In this document: positions 1 through 9,094 of the stretch, piece after piece
Numbering within the stretch: position 1 is the stretch's first letter
How the letters are laid out: each line of letters starts with the position of its first letter
NCBI GenBank assembly: GCA_964500505.1
Contig: CAZCNN010000002.1
Span: 4,081-68,080, forward strand
DNA length: 64,000 nucleotides
DNA from: an uncultured Bdellovibrionales bacterium
GTDB taxonomy: Bacteria; Patescibacteriota; Minisyncoccia; Moranbacterales; UBA1568
Reading direction: 5' to 3'
Notes under the pieces: generated by a model
Database searches by the model: none
Told to the model about the DNA's origin: nothing
Seen by the model: only the letters and a program-made list of their open reading frames with translations
Translations under genes and position numbers: made by a program

Positions 1-169
1 TATTTTTTCAAATGTAAAGCCGACTTGCCCGCCTCTGGTGGGTGGTAGCCTCCGGGCAAGAGTAGGTCAGTGCCGGGAACATTCCGCTTCAAATACTTTA
101 CGATTTACCTCGCCGTGGCGGGGTTTTTTCGTGCTATAATTCAAGTATTCAGAAAGTAACGACGCGCGT

Positions 170-982
170 ATGTCACGGATGGTGCGACGGATTATTATTG
201 CTACGGTATTCTTTGTCTTAAACGCTCTGTTTTGGACGGGAGTGTACTATGCTTTCATCAAGGCGCCGGAGACCTGCTTTGATATGAAACAAAATCAGAA
301 CGAAGAGGGAATGGACTGTGGTGGGGTCTGCGCATCCGCCTGCTATGTACCCGTGACTGGCAAGGAATTTGAGAAGCGTGAAGTGGCCTTTGTGCCAGGT
401 GGGGTGGGCCGCTACGATGTCTTTGCGAAGATTGTGAACGGCAACAGTGACGTCGGAGCCTCATCATTTCGTTATACTTTCAATCTCCTTGATGCTTCTG
501 GCCAGGTCATTGCCTCACGCTCTGGCGAGAATTATATCTTGCCTCAGGAGACCAAGACGCTCATGGAGCTCAACCTCGAATCGGGAGTGACGCCGGCTCT
601 CGCTCTCCTCACGATCACTGACGTCAATTGGGAGCGCTTCTCGGGTTACCAGGAGAAGCCGACCGTCAATATTTATCAGAAGCGCTTTGAACAAACGGGC
701 CTCACCTTTGGCTTTGGCAAGGCCTATGGTCTCGTCTCAAACGAAAGTCCCTATGATTTCCGCTCTATCATAGTGACGGTGATTCTCCGGGATGTTGCTG
801 GTCGACCGCTTGCCATGAACAAAACCGAACAAAATACGGTCCGAGCCGGTGATGCTCGGGACTTCTCACTCGTCTTTCCAACGCCTTTCGTCGGGGAGGT
901 AGCCCGCCTCGACATGGAGGTGGACGCTGATGTCTATCACTCCGACAACTTTGTGAACCAATACTTCGAGGTAGGACGATAG
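170..982 (+). CDS. hypothetical membrane-anchored protein (N-terminal TM helix, Cys-rich segment)
   Basis: ATG start. N-terminus has a hydrophobic stretch (IIIATVFFVLNALFWTGVYYAF). No motif recognised. Putative extended -10 (TGcTATAAT) at ~133-141. Confidence 0.5.
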   Translation: MSRMVRRIIIATVFFVLNALFWTGVYYAFIKAPETCFDMKQNQNEEGMDCGGVCASACYVPVTGKEFEKREVAFVPGGVGRYDVFAKIVNGNSDVGASSFRYTFNLLDASGQVIASRSGENYILPQETKTLMELNLESGVTPALALLTITDVNWERFSGYQEKPTVNIYQKRFEQTGLTFGFGKAYGLVSNESPYDFRSIIVTVILRDVAGRPLAMNKTEQNTVRAGDARDFSLVFPTPFVGEVARLDMEVDADVYHSDNFVNQYFEVGR

Positions 983-1010
983 TGGCCGCGAGTGATTGAT
1001 TTCTTACCCT

Positions 1011-2126
1011 ATGACTCGCCTCTTCTCCAAGTTTGACTGGATTCTTGTGACGGTCTCAGCCCTGATTCTTCTGGTGGGACTCTTGGCGCTCTACAGTCTC
1101 TCAGCAGCAGGGGGAACCAACTACTTCCTGAAGCAGGCCCTCTTCGGCATTCTCGGCTTCGGAGCCATGTTTTTTATGGGGTCGCTTGATTACCGCCATA
1201 TCCAGCGATATAGCACGCTTCTTTACTTTGTCACCGTGATCGTCCTTTTCTTGGTGCTCCTCTTTGGGACCACCATCAATGGGACCGCTGGTTGGCTCTC
1301 CTTTGGTTTCTTTCAGGTCCAGCCGGTCGAGGTAGCCAAGGTAACCCTCATCATTTTCCTTGCGAGCTTTATTTCCAAGAAAAAGTCCGAGCTCGGCGAG
1401 TGGACTCGCGTGATTGCTTCGCTCATCCTCTCGGCAGTGCTCATTTTCCTCGTCTTACGTCAGCCTGACCTCGGGTCATCCTTGGTCCTTGCCTCTATCT
1501 GGGGTGGGATGATCCTCGCTTCGGGACTCCACCTCAAGCACTTTGTGGTCCTCAGTATCTTGGGGGCGCTCCTCGTCTCAGGGAGTTGGTTCCTGTTGGC
1601 GGACTATCAGAAGGCTCGCATTGATACTTTTCTTCATCCAGAGAACGATCCACAGGGATCGGGGTACAATGTCCTCCAGGCCATGGTGGCGGTCGGTTCT
1701 GGGGGCGTTTCTGGCAAGGGCCTCGGGTATGGTTCACAGTCTCAGCTGTCGTTTCTCCCCGAGAAGCACACCGACTTTATCTACGCGGTGATAGCGGAAG
1801 AGCTCGGGATGGTAGGGGCGTGGTTTGTGATCGCTCTCTATGCGGTCCTCCTCTACCGGATCAGGCGGATTGGGGTGCTTGCGAGTGACAACTTTGGCTA
1901 TCTTCTCTCTCTTGGTGTGATGATCATGATTTTTGTCCAGATTCTCATCAACCTCGGGATGAATGTAGGTCTCCTCCCGGTGACCGGTCTCCCCGCGCCG
2001 CTTCTCTCGTACGGGGGGAGTTCACTCCTCTCGCTCTCAGCCTCGCTCGGCCTCCTTCTCTCCGTCTACCAGCGCAAAAAAGGGGTTGATGATATGCGTA
2101 TGTCCCTCGAACGGAGTCTCCTCTAA
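1011..2126 (+). CDS. SEDS-family peptidoglycan glycosyltransferase (FtsW/RodA/SpoVE)
   Basis: Multi-TM protein. The C-terminal region NVLQAMVAVGSGGVSGKGLGYGSQSQLSFLPEKHTDFIYAVIAEELG is characteristic of FtsW/RodA. The ORF track starts at a TTG at 996; the first in-frame ATG is 1011. Confidence 0.85.
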   Translation: MTRLFSKFDWILVTVSALILLVGLLALYSLSAAGGTNYFLKQALFGILGFGAMFFMGSLDYRHIQRYSTLLYFVTVIVLFLVLLFGTTINGTAGWLSFGFFQVQPVEVAKVTLIIFLASFISKKKSELGEWTRVIASLILSAVLIFLVLRQPDLGSSLVLASIWGGMILASGLHLKHFVVLSILGALLVSGSWFLLADYQKARIDTFLHPENDPQGSGYNVLQAMVAVGSGGVSGKGLGYGSQSQLSFLPEKHTDFIYAVIAEELGMVGAWFVIALYAVLLYRIRRIGVLASDNFGYLLSLGVMIMIFVQILINLGMNVGLLPVTGLPAPLLSYGGSSLLSLSASLGLLLSVYQRKKGVDDMRMSLERSLL

Positions 2127-2234
2127 ATATGCTTTATCGGTTGACGTTTTTCTCCTTTTTTGCTAGACTAAAAGGGCTTAAAAAAGGGATTATTGACCAA
2201 AAATTGGTCAGTTTTCGGACAAATTTTGTACTCT

Positions 2235-2456
2235 ATGCGTTCGCTCCTCATCGCTCAAACTGTGGTCGCTGTGCTCCTTTCGGTCTCGATTCTCCTACAG
2301 AATCGGGGATCTGGTCTGGGGGCGGCCTTTGGCGGTGATTTTGGTGGGTTTTACACCAAGCGGGGTCTGGAAAAGTTTTTTATCTATGCGACGGTAGTGT
2401 TTGCCGTCGTCTTTCTCGCGCTCGGGATTATCAACGTCCGATTGTCTGTCATTTGA
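2235..2456 (+). CDS. secG: preprotein translocase subunit SecG
   Basis: Small two-TM protein with an LLQ..GSGLGAAFGG glycine-rich loop typical of SecG. The ORF track begins at a TTG at 2193; the ATG at 2235 gives a SecG-sized product (start uncertain). Confidence 0.6.
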   Translation: MRSLLIAQTVVAVLLSVSILLQNRGSGLGAAFGGDFGGFYTKRGLEKFFIYATVVFAVVFLALGIINVRLSVI

Positions 2457-2511
2457 TGAGCGAGGGGTGTAAGAATTAATACCAAGTTTTATTAGTCGCA
2501 TCTTCCGCATC

Positions 2512-4200
2512 TTGAATATCTTACGGAGACGCCAGTGGTTGGCTCTGTTTCAGGCGCTCCAGATTCGTGATCGTATTCTCGTCCTCTTTTTTGCGACTCT
2601 CGGCTTAGGAGCTCTCCTCTTTTGGCTCGGTGCGCTCTATATCGCCTCGACCCAGGCCGTCCCGGATTTTGGAGGGGAGTATACCGAGGGCATCGTTTCA
2701 CAGCCACGCTATATCAACCCGATTCTTTCTCAGACGAGCGAGGCTGATGCTGATATCTCCGGCCTCATTTATGAAGGTCTCTATGGCTATGACCGCGAGG
2801 GGAAACTCGAGAAGCGATTGGCTACGGATTCTACGCTTTCAGAAGACGGGCGTATCTATACTGTGACCTTGAGGCAGGGAATCAAGTGGCATGATGGCGA
2901 AGAATTGACCGCCGATGATGTGCTCTATACGGTCCAGGCTATCCAGGACCCGGCCTACAAGAGCCCACTCCGGGCCAATTGGTTGTCAGTGGAGGCAGGA
3001 GCGGTCGATCGTTATACTCTCACTTTTACCCTCAAAAAGAGCTATTTTGGTTTTCTCGAGAATTTGACCGTCGGCATCCTCCCCAAGCACATCTGGGAAA
3101 ATATTGCTCCAGAAAACTTTCTCCTCGCTGACTATAACTTGGCACCGATAGGGGCTGGTCCCTACCGTTTCTATGATTCCGAAAAGGATTCAAGCGGCAA
3201 TATGTTGACCTATGAGCTCCGTGCCTTTGACGGGTACTATGCTGGTATGCCACATATCGAGAAAATGGCCTTTCATTTTTACCCAGATGAACCTTCACTT
3301 CTCGATGCCTACAACCGGAAAGAAGTCCTCGGGATTAACTCTGTCACGCCAGAAAATATCGCACTCGTAGAAGAACGCAAGAGTGCTCGTGTCTACGAGA
3401 TGGCAATCCCACGTATCTTTGCGGTATTTTTCAACATCACGAAGAGTGCGGTTCTGGCTCACGACGAGGTCCGGGGAGCGCTCTCGTATGCGACTGATCG
3501 TGAAGCTATCATCCGTGAAGTACTCCTCGGCAAGGGAGTGCCTGCTGAGACAGCCCTCCTCCCGTTTATGAATGGCTATGCTACTGATATCACCTTTCCA
3601 CGTTATGATGAGAACCAAGCCAATACCATCCTCGATCAGAATAACTGGAAGCGTGGGGAAGATGGTATCCGAGCCAAAGATGGTACGGTGCTTGCTTTTG
3701 AGCTCAAAGTGCCTGACTGGCCGGAACTCGTCCAAACGGCCGAACTCCTTCGGGCCCAGTGGGAAAAGGTAGGAGCTCGGGTGACCGTGACCGCCGAGAG
3801 CGCGGGGGATCTCCAGCAGAATAGCGTGCGACCACGCGAGTATGGGGCACTCCTCTTTGGTGAGGCAGCGATGATTGATTCGGACCCGTATTCGTTTTGG
3901 CACTCCAGTCAAAAGCATGACCCAGGTCTCAATCTGGCGGTGTTCGATAACAAAGACGTCGATGATATCCTCTTGTCGCTTCGTGAGACGACGGATGTCG
4001 AGAAACGCAAAGAGTACTACCGTTCTTTTCAGGATATCTTGGCGCGAGAGCACCCGGCAGTATTCCTCTATAGTCCGACCTATCTCTATGTGGTGAATAG
4101 CTCGCTCAAGGGCATCGAAGTGAAAAGTATCAATGCTCCAGCTCACCGGTTTAGCACCGTCAAGGACTGGTATATTAAAACGAAGCGCGTAAAAAAATAA
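2512..4200 (+). CDS. ABC transporter substrate-binding protein, family 5 (oligopeptide/nickel OppA/DppA-like)
   Basis: 562 aa with an N-terminal TM/signal anchor. Overall SBP_bac_5 architecture and motifs (YTxGIVSQPRYINP, GIKWHDG). Start is a non-ATG (TTG) in the ORF track. Confidence 0.7.
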   Translation: MNILRRRQWLALFQALQIRDRILVLFFATLGLGALLFWLGALYIASTQAVPDFGGEYTEGIVSQPRYINPILSQTSEADADISGLIYEGLYGYDREGKLEKRLATDSTLSEDGRIYTVTLRQGIKWHDGEELTADDVLYTVQAIQDPAYKSPLRANWLSVEAGAVDRYTLTFTLKKSYFGFLENLTVGILPKHIWENIAPENFLLADYNLAPIGAGPYRFYDSEKDSSGNMLTYELRAFDGYYAGMPHIEKMAFHFYPDEPSLLDAYNRKEVLGINSVTPENIALVEERKSARVYEMAIPRIFAVFFNITKSAVLAHDEVRGALSYATDREAIIREVLLGKGVPAETALLPFMNGYATDITFPRYDENQANTILDQNNWKRGEDGIRAKDGTVLAFELKVPDWPELVQTAELLRAQWEKVGARVTVTAESAGDLQQNSVRPREYGALLFGEAAMIDSDPYSFWHSSQKHDPGLNLAVFDNKDVDDILLSLRETTDVEKRKEYYRSFQDILAREHPAVFLYSPTYLYVVNSSLKGIEVKSINAPAHRFSTVKDWYIKTKRVKK

Positions 4201-4216
4201 TACATCTCCAAATCCT

Positions 4217-5242
4217 ATGACTCATCCACTCGATACCTCCAACCTCCGTCAGATGATTCTGGAAAGCCCGAGCCAGCTCCCCGTGGGTCTTTCACTTGGA
4301 AAAGGCGTGAGCGTGCCGGGCACCTTTCGCTCGATTATGATTTCTGGGATGGGAGGATCTGCTCTTCCGGGCAATCTGTTCCGTATTTACCTCCATGAAT
4401 TGTTCCGCACCGCCGAGTCAGCTCCTCAGCCACTCGCCATTTATCAGAATCGTTCGTATAGCTTACCGCCTGAGAGTTTTGATCAGTGTCTCAATTTTAT
4501 CTGTTCGTATTCAGGTAATACCGAAGAAACCGTCGCTTCGTTTGAAGAAGCTCTCAAGCACAAGCTCCCGTGTATTGCTGTCTCAGCCGGGGGCAAGATA
4601 GAGGCCATGGCCAAAGAGCATGGCATCCCTCATATCAAGCTCCCGATTCCGTTTGAGAATTTTCAACCGCGAGTTGGAACCGGGTATTTCTTTGGAGCGA
4701 TGTTCCAGGTGCTCGTCAATCAGGGACTGGTGCCGGATGTGACCTCGACCCTCATCGCCGAGGCGGAGGCACTCCAGACCCAGATAGGGGCGCTCGAGGA
4801 GCAGGGGAAAGCGCTCGCTGAGAAAATGGCGGGCAAAACCCCGGTTATCTATGCTACCGCCAAGTACAAATCAGTCGCAATGGTCTGGAAAATCAAGCTC
4901 AACGAAAACGCCAAAACCCCAGCTTTTTGGAACTTTTTCCCGGAGCTCAATCATAACGAAATGGTTGGTTGGACCCTCCCACAGAGTCAGTTTTTTGTCC
5001 TCATGCTGCGTGATCTGGCGACCCATCCCCAGAACCTGAAGCGGTTTGAGATAACGGCCGAATTATTGCGCAAACAAGGGGTAGAAGTCGAGATACTTGA
5101 CATGGCAGGCGGAAGCGTGTATAGTAAGGTATTCACAAGTATCGCCTTGGGCGATTTCACTTCTTATCATCTCGCCCTCAAGTATGGGCAGGATCCGACG
5201 CCGGTGGCTATGGTAGAGGAGCTGAAGAAACTACTCGCGTAG
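4217..5242 (+). CDS. bifunctional phosphoglucose/phosphomannose isomerase (SIS domain)
   Basis: SIS-domain signature (CSYSGNTEET) and the C-terminal PMI-type region typical of archaeal/bacterial PGI/PMI. Confidence 0.65.
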   Translation: MTHPLDTSNLRQMILESPSQLPVGLSLGKGVSVPGTFRSIMISGMGGSALPGNLFRIYLHELFRTAESAPQPLAIYQNRSYSLPPESFDQCLNFICSYSGNTEETVASFEEALKHKLPCIAVSAGGKIEAMAKEHGIPHIKLPIPFENFQPRVGTGYFFGAMFQVLVNQGLVPDVTSTLIAEAEALQTQIGALEEQGKALAEKMAGKTPVIYATAKYKSVAMVWKIKLNENAKTPAFWNFFPELNHNEMVGWTLPQSQFFVLMLRDLATHPQNLKRFEITAELLRKQGVEVEILDMAGGSVYSKVFTSIALGDFTSYHLALKYGQDPTPVAMVEELKKLLA

Positions 5243-5418
5243 TTTTGTATTACAGACGGGTGGAGATTTATGATTGCAGAGTGGAGTGTTTGCCCAATTG
5301 GGCAAATCTTCGGTCTTCAGTCCTCAATCTTTGTGGCATGCCCTGGTGACAGGAATTCCTGCCCGCAATGTCTACGCCATAGGCGTTGCAGGCGGGGGGT
5401 AGACGCAAGCAAATAATA

Positions 5419-5505
5419 GCCGACGTGGTGAAATTGGTATACACGCTAGCTTCAGGTGCTAGTTCTCGCAAGGGAGTGAGAGTTCAAGTCTCTCCGTCGG
5501 CACCA
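5419..5505 (+). tRNA. tRNA-Leu (anticodon CAG), class II with long variable arm, encoded CCA
   Basis: Acceptor stem GCCGACG/CGTCGGC. Anticodon stem CTAGC/GCTAG with loop TTCAGGT (anticodon CAG). T-arm GAGAG-TTCAAGT-CTCTC. Discriminator A plus CCA. Long variable arm. The overlapping 177-aa ORF 5386..5919 is spurious. Confidence 0.85.
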
Positions 5506-5669
5506 CGTAAAACGAATCTTGAGAGATTCGTCACGTGGCAAGCAACAAACCATTTTTTGGTGAGGTGTCTGTCATGTGGATATATTTCGTGTAAATCATT
5601 CTTAGTAGGGTTCATGGTGAGCCAGAGGCGGTTTCCGCTTCCGCGCACCTCCGAACCCCAAAACGCAGT

Positions 5670-7793
5670 ATGCAGCAGTATAACAACAATGGAGGAGGCA
5701 ATCGGTCCACACGACCGATGGATGTCTCTCCCCACGGAAGCCAGCCTTCACGTGGTCAACTCGCGAGAAAACCAGCTCCTGTGCTCGGTGTTCCCAAAAC
5801 AAGCGGTATTGGTGCCTTTGAGGGCATCGTCGCTCGTGAGCAGGCACCCAAGGGTACTCCTCGGGGTCCTCTCGGTGGCAAACCCGCTCCGCGTCCGTTT
5901 GTCAAAAAGACGGAGGTAAAAGTAGGGGGCGCACCAGTCGTGGCTGGGAGCAAGTCCGAATCACAGAATCGTACCCACGCTCCACGCCAGGGTGGCGCCA
6001 AAGGAGGACAGCGTGGTGGAGCGCGCGGGGGCCGTGGTGGCAACCGTCGTTTTCAGCAGACCATGCCGAACCGGCTCGAGCCGAAGAAGATAGGCCCAGC
6101 GATCCCGACTATCCCCGAGAAGACACTTCGGATCATTCCACTTGGTGGCCAGGAAGAAGTCGGTCGCAACATGACTGTCTTTGAGTATGGCAACGACATC
6201 GTCATCATCGACATGGGCGTCCAATTCCCCGAAGAGGACATGCCCGGCATCGACTATATCGTGCCAAACGTGAGCTATCTCAAGGGCAAAGAAAAAAATA
6301 TCCGTGGTGTGCTCTTTACTCATGGTCACCTCGACCATATCGGGGCCGCTCCGATACTCTTGAAGCAACTGAATTACCCGACCATTATCGGTCGTGATTT
6401 TACCCTCGCCCTCATCAAACACAAGGTGGAAGACCAGGAAAAGGGTGCAGCCAGCCGTCTCAAGACGGTGCGCGTCAAGTCCCTCGAAGATCGGATCAAG
6501 CTCGGCGTATTCGAGGTCCGTTTCTTTGAAGTGGAGCACTCGATTATGGATGCCATGGGCATCGCGCTCGTGACGCCGAACGGCTCTATTATCCACCTTG
6601 GTGACTGGATGATTAGTAACGAGCCAGTCGAACCAAACGACGTCTCCTACAATCATCTCGAGTCACTCCCACAGCCGACCTTTCTCATGCTCGAGAGCCT
6701 CGGAGCGACCAAGAAGGGGATGCCACCATCAGAGACCGAAGTCCATACCAACCTCCAGAACCTCATCCGGACGGCACCAGGGCGGATCATCATAGGGACC
6801 TTTGCCTCGCAGGTACGTCGTATTGCATACCTCATCGAGTACGCGGAGAAGCAGGGGAAGCGAGTGGCTCTTGAGGGCTACAGCATGAAGATGAACATCG
6901 AAGTAGCCAAAGAACTCGGCTACATCAAGGTGAAGAAGGAGACTCTTATCACCGTAAACGACATCCACAAGTATCCCGACAACCAAATCGTGGTCATCTG
7001 TACCGGTGCTCAGGGCGAGCAAAACGCCGCTCTCTCGCGCATCGTGACCGACAACCACCGGTTCATCAAACTCCAGAAGAACGACACCATCGTCTTTTCG
7101 AGTTCGGTCATCCCCGGGAACGAGCGCAGTATTCAGCGTCTCAAAGACAACCTCTATCGGAAGTGTGACAACGTGATTCATAGTGATATCATGGAGATCC
7201 ACGTCGGTGGTCACGGCACCATCTGGGAAATCGAGGAAATCATCCGTCAGGTCAAAGCGACGTATATCCTCCCAGTCTATGCCAACCACTACTTTATCAA
7301 GGAAGCGGCCAAAATTGCCTATCGCCTGGGATATCCCGATAAGAACGTCTTTGTGATGGACAATGGTCACGTCCTCGAAGTGCCCGCGAAAGACGAGGGC
7401 TTCCCGCATCTCATCGCTGAAAAGGCTGACTCAAGCTATGTCTTTATCGATGGTCTCGGCGTCGGTGATATCGGCCACGTCGTCCTCCGTGATCGTCAGA
7501 TGCTCGCTCAGGATGGGATGGTGGTCGTCACTGTCGTCATCGACAGCAAATCCAAGAAAATTATCGGTACCGTCCAGGTCACCTCACGGGGCTTTATCCA
7601 CGTCAAAGAGAATTTTGACCTGGTGAATGAAGCCAAGCGCAAGGTAGAAAAGGTGGTCAAAGACACGACTTCCAAAGAAACTTCGATTGACTGGGATATG
7701 GTCCGGAATCAAATCCGCGAAGTCCTCGGCCAGTTCCTCTTTACCAAGACGGAGCGCCGTCCGATGATCTTGCCAGTCGTGATTGAAGTGTAA
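5670..7793 (+). CDS. rnj: ribonuclease J (beta-CASP metallo-beta-lactamase RNase) with ~160-aa Arg/Gly-rich N-terminal extension
   Basis: HGHLDHIG metal-binding motif, beta-CASP and C-terminal domains. The canonical RNase J N-terminus (LRIIPLGGQEEVGRNM) begins ~aa 160. Alternative internal starts exist (M17, M132), so the extension is uncertain. Confidence 0.9.
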   Translation: MQQYNNNGGGNRSTRPMDVSPHGSQPSRGQLARKPAPVLGVPKTSGIGAFEGIVAREQAPKGTPRGPLGGKPAPRPFVKKTEVKVGGAPVVAGSKSESQNRTHAPRQGGAKGGQRGGARGGRGGNRRFQQTMPNRLEPKKIGPAIPTIPEKTLRIIPLGGQEEVGRNMTVFEYGNDIVIIDMGVQFPEEDMPGIDYIVPNVSYLKGKEKNIRGVLFTHGHLDHIGAAPILLKQLNYPTIIGRDFTLALIKHKVEDQEKGAASRLKTVRVKSLEDRIKLGVFEVRFFEVEHSIMDAMGIALVTPNGSIIHLGDWMISNEPVEPNDVSYNHLESLPQPTFLMLESLGATKKGMPPSETEVHTNLQNLIRTAPGRIIIGTFASQVRRIAYLIEYAEKQGKRVALEGYSMKMNIEVAKELGYIKVKKETLITVNDIHKYPDNQIVVICTGAQGEQNAALSRIVTDNHRFIKLQKNDTIVFSSSVIPGNERSIQRLKDNLYRKCDNVIHSDIMEIHVGGHGTIWEIEEIIRQVKATYILPVYANHYFIKEAAKIAYRLGYPDKNVFVMDNGHVLEVPAKDEGFPHLIAEKADSSYVFIDGLGVGDIGHVVLRDRQMLAQDGMVVVTVVIDSKSKKIIGTVQVTSRGFIHVKENFDLVNEAKRKVEKVVKDTTSKETSIDWDMVRNQIREVLGQFLFTKTERRPMILPVVIEV

Positions 7794-7833
7794 TTGCCGA
7801 TGAATTATGAATTCTGAAGCATGAATCTTGAGA

Positions 7834-7860
7834 AAAAGCTCCCTTCGGGGAGCTTTTTTC
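7834..7860. terminator. bidirectional rho-independent terminator (GCTCCC-TTCG-GGGAGC flanked by A-run and T-run)
   Basis: Perfect 6-bp GC-rich stem with tetraloop; TTTTTT follows on the + strand and AAAAA precedes it. Lies 40 nt after the RNase J stop. Confidence 0.7.
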
Positions 7861-8040
7861 GAAAACTCCCCACTCCACAAGTAACTTTTTGTCTCTGTTT
7901 CGGACTCAGAAAGGCTCTGGATAAGCAGAAAAAGTCGCCCCCATAGAACGGCGGGCCACAGCTCTTTTTCTGAATCCAGAGCCATTCTTCAGACAACGAA
8001 ACAGTAGCCAAAAAATTCTTGCGAGCAGGGAGTTTTTTGT
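7861..8040 (+). ncRNA. candidate structured ncRNA (6S-like architecture: closing stem, internal bubble, long terminal hairpin, T-run)
   Basis: AAAACTCCC (~7862) pairs with GGGAGTTTT (~8030), followed by TTTTTT. Inner long imperfect hairpin ~7888-7997 (CTGTTTCG/CGAAACAG, CTCTGGAT/ATCCAGAG, CAGAAAAAG/CTTTTTCTG). Unpaired ~20-nt segments on both sides lie between the outer and inner stems. Only spurious antisense ORFs cover the region. Confidence 0.25.
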
Positions 8041-8102
8041 TTCTCTCTCGTTGGAGGGCAAGTATGCTACAATAGAGCTGTTAACCGTTCGAATACACAT
8101 CT

Positions 8103-9083
8103 ATGAAACGGCTTTTTTCGGGCATCCAACCATCGGGCAATCTCCACCTCGGGAACTATCTCGGCGCCATCAAGCAGTGGGTGGACATGCAAAACGACCA
8201 CGAGGCGATATTTTGTATCGTGGATTTGCACGCCATCACTGTAGCCCAGGACCCCGTGGCACTGCGTGCCAAGACCCTGGAGATTGCCAAGATTTATCTC
8301 GCTTCTGGTATCGACCCTGAGAAATCCACACTTTTCATCCAGTCCCACATCCCAGCCCACACCGAGCTCGGGTGGATACTGAATACCATCGCTCGAATGG
8401 CCGAGCTCGAGCGGATGACCCAGTTCAAGGACAAGGCGCAAAAGGGTGGTGCGAGCGAGTCAGGCGTCGGACTTTTTGCTTATCCAGTCCTGATGGCCGC
8501 AGATATTCTCCTCTATGATACCCATGTGGTACCGGTGGGGGATGACCAGATGCAGCATATTGAATTAGCCCGTGATTTAGCCGAGCGCTTCAATAAACGA
8601 TTTGGTGAAACCTTTGTGGTACCAGAGGGCCGGGTGACCAAAGAAGGGGCGCGTATCATGGGACTCGACGACCCGAGCAAAAAAATGTCCAAGTCCGCTC
8701 CGAGCGAGTACAACTATATCGCGCTCACCGATGATGCTGATACCGTGAGACGCAAGATCAAGAAGGCGGTGACGGATTCAGGAAGTGAGATTGTGTATTC
8801 TGATGAGAAACCCGCACTCAAAAACCTCATTAACATCTACACGCTCCTCTCAGGGAAAACCCCACAGGAGATAGAAGCTCTGTATGTGGGCCGAGGGTAT
8901 GGTGATTTCAAGACCGACCTGGCCGAAGTCGTCGTGGGATTCCTCGCTCCCTTTCAGGAGCGCCTCTTGGCCCTCTCTGATGATGATGTCCTCACGATCC
9001 TCCGCGCTGGCGCCAACAAAGTGCGTCCACTGGCCGAGGACAAACTCCGCCAGGTATACGACAAAATGGGTCTGATTGCCTAA
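8103..9083 (+). CDS. trpS: tryptophan--tRNA ligase
   Basis: Class I aaRS motifs: GIQPSGNLHLGNYLGA (HIGH-type) and KMSKS. TrpS-length (326 aa). Putative extended -10 TGcTACAAT ~8063-8075. Confidence 0.95.
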   Translation: MKRLFSGIQPSGNLHLGNYLGAIKQWVDMQNDHEAIFCIVDLHAITVAQDPVALRAKTLEIAKIYLASGIDPEKSTLFIQSHIPAHTELGWILNTIARMAELERMTQFKDKAQKGGASESGVGLFAYPVLMAADILLYDTHVVPVGDDQMQHIELARDLAERFNKRFGETFVVPEGRVTKEGARIMGLDDPSKKMSKSAPSEYNYIALTDDADTVRRKIKKAVTDSGSEIVYSDEKPALKNLINIYTLLSGKTPQEIEALYVGRGYGDFKTDLAEVVVGFLAPFQERLLALSDDDVLTILRAGANKVRPLAEDKLRQVYDKMGLIA

Positions 9084-9094
9084 CACGTTCCGGT

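Noticed and set aside
2129-2338. 69-aa ORF overlapping SecG
   Set aside because: An out-of-frame overlap with the SecG gene with no supporting signals.
5386-5919. 177-aa + strand ORF
   Set aside because: It reads straight through the tRNA-Leu gene and the RNase J 5' region. The tRNA explanation (perfect cloverleaf, CCA) is far better.
7860-8100. T-box riboswitch leader for trpS
   Set aside because: No conserved T-box sequence (AATTAGGGTGGTACCGCG-like) or specifier-loop/GA-motif arrangement could be found. The structure looks more like a long hairpin/6S-like fold, so only that alternative is reported.
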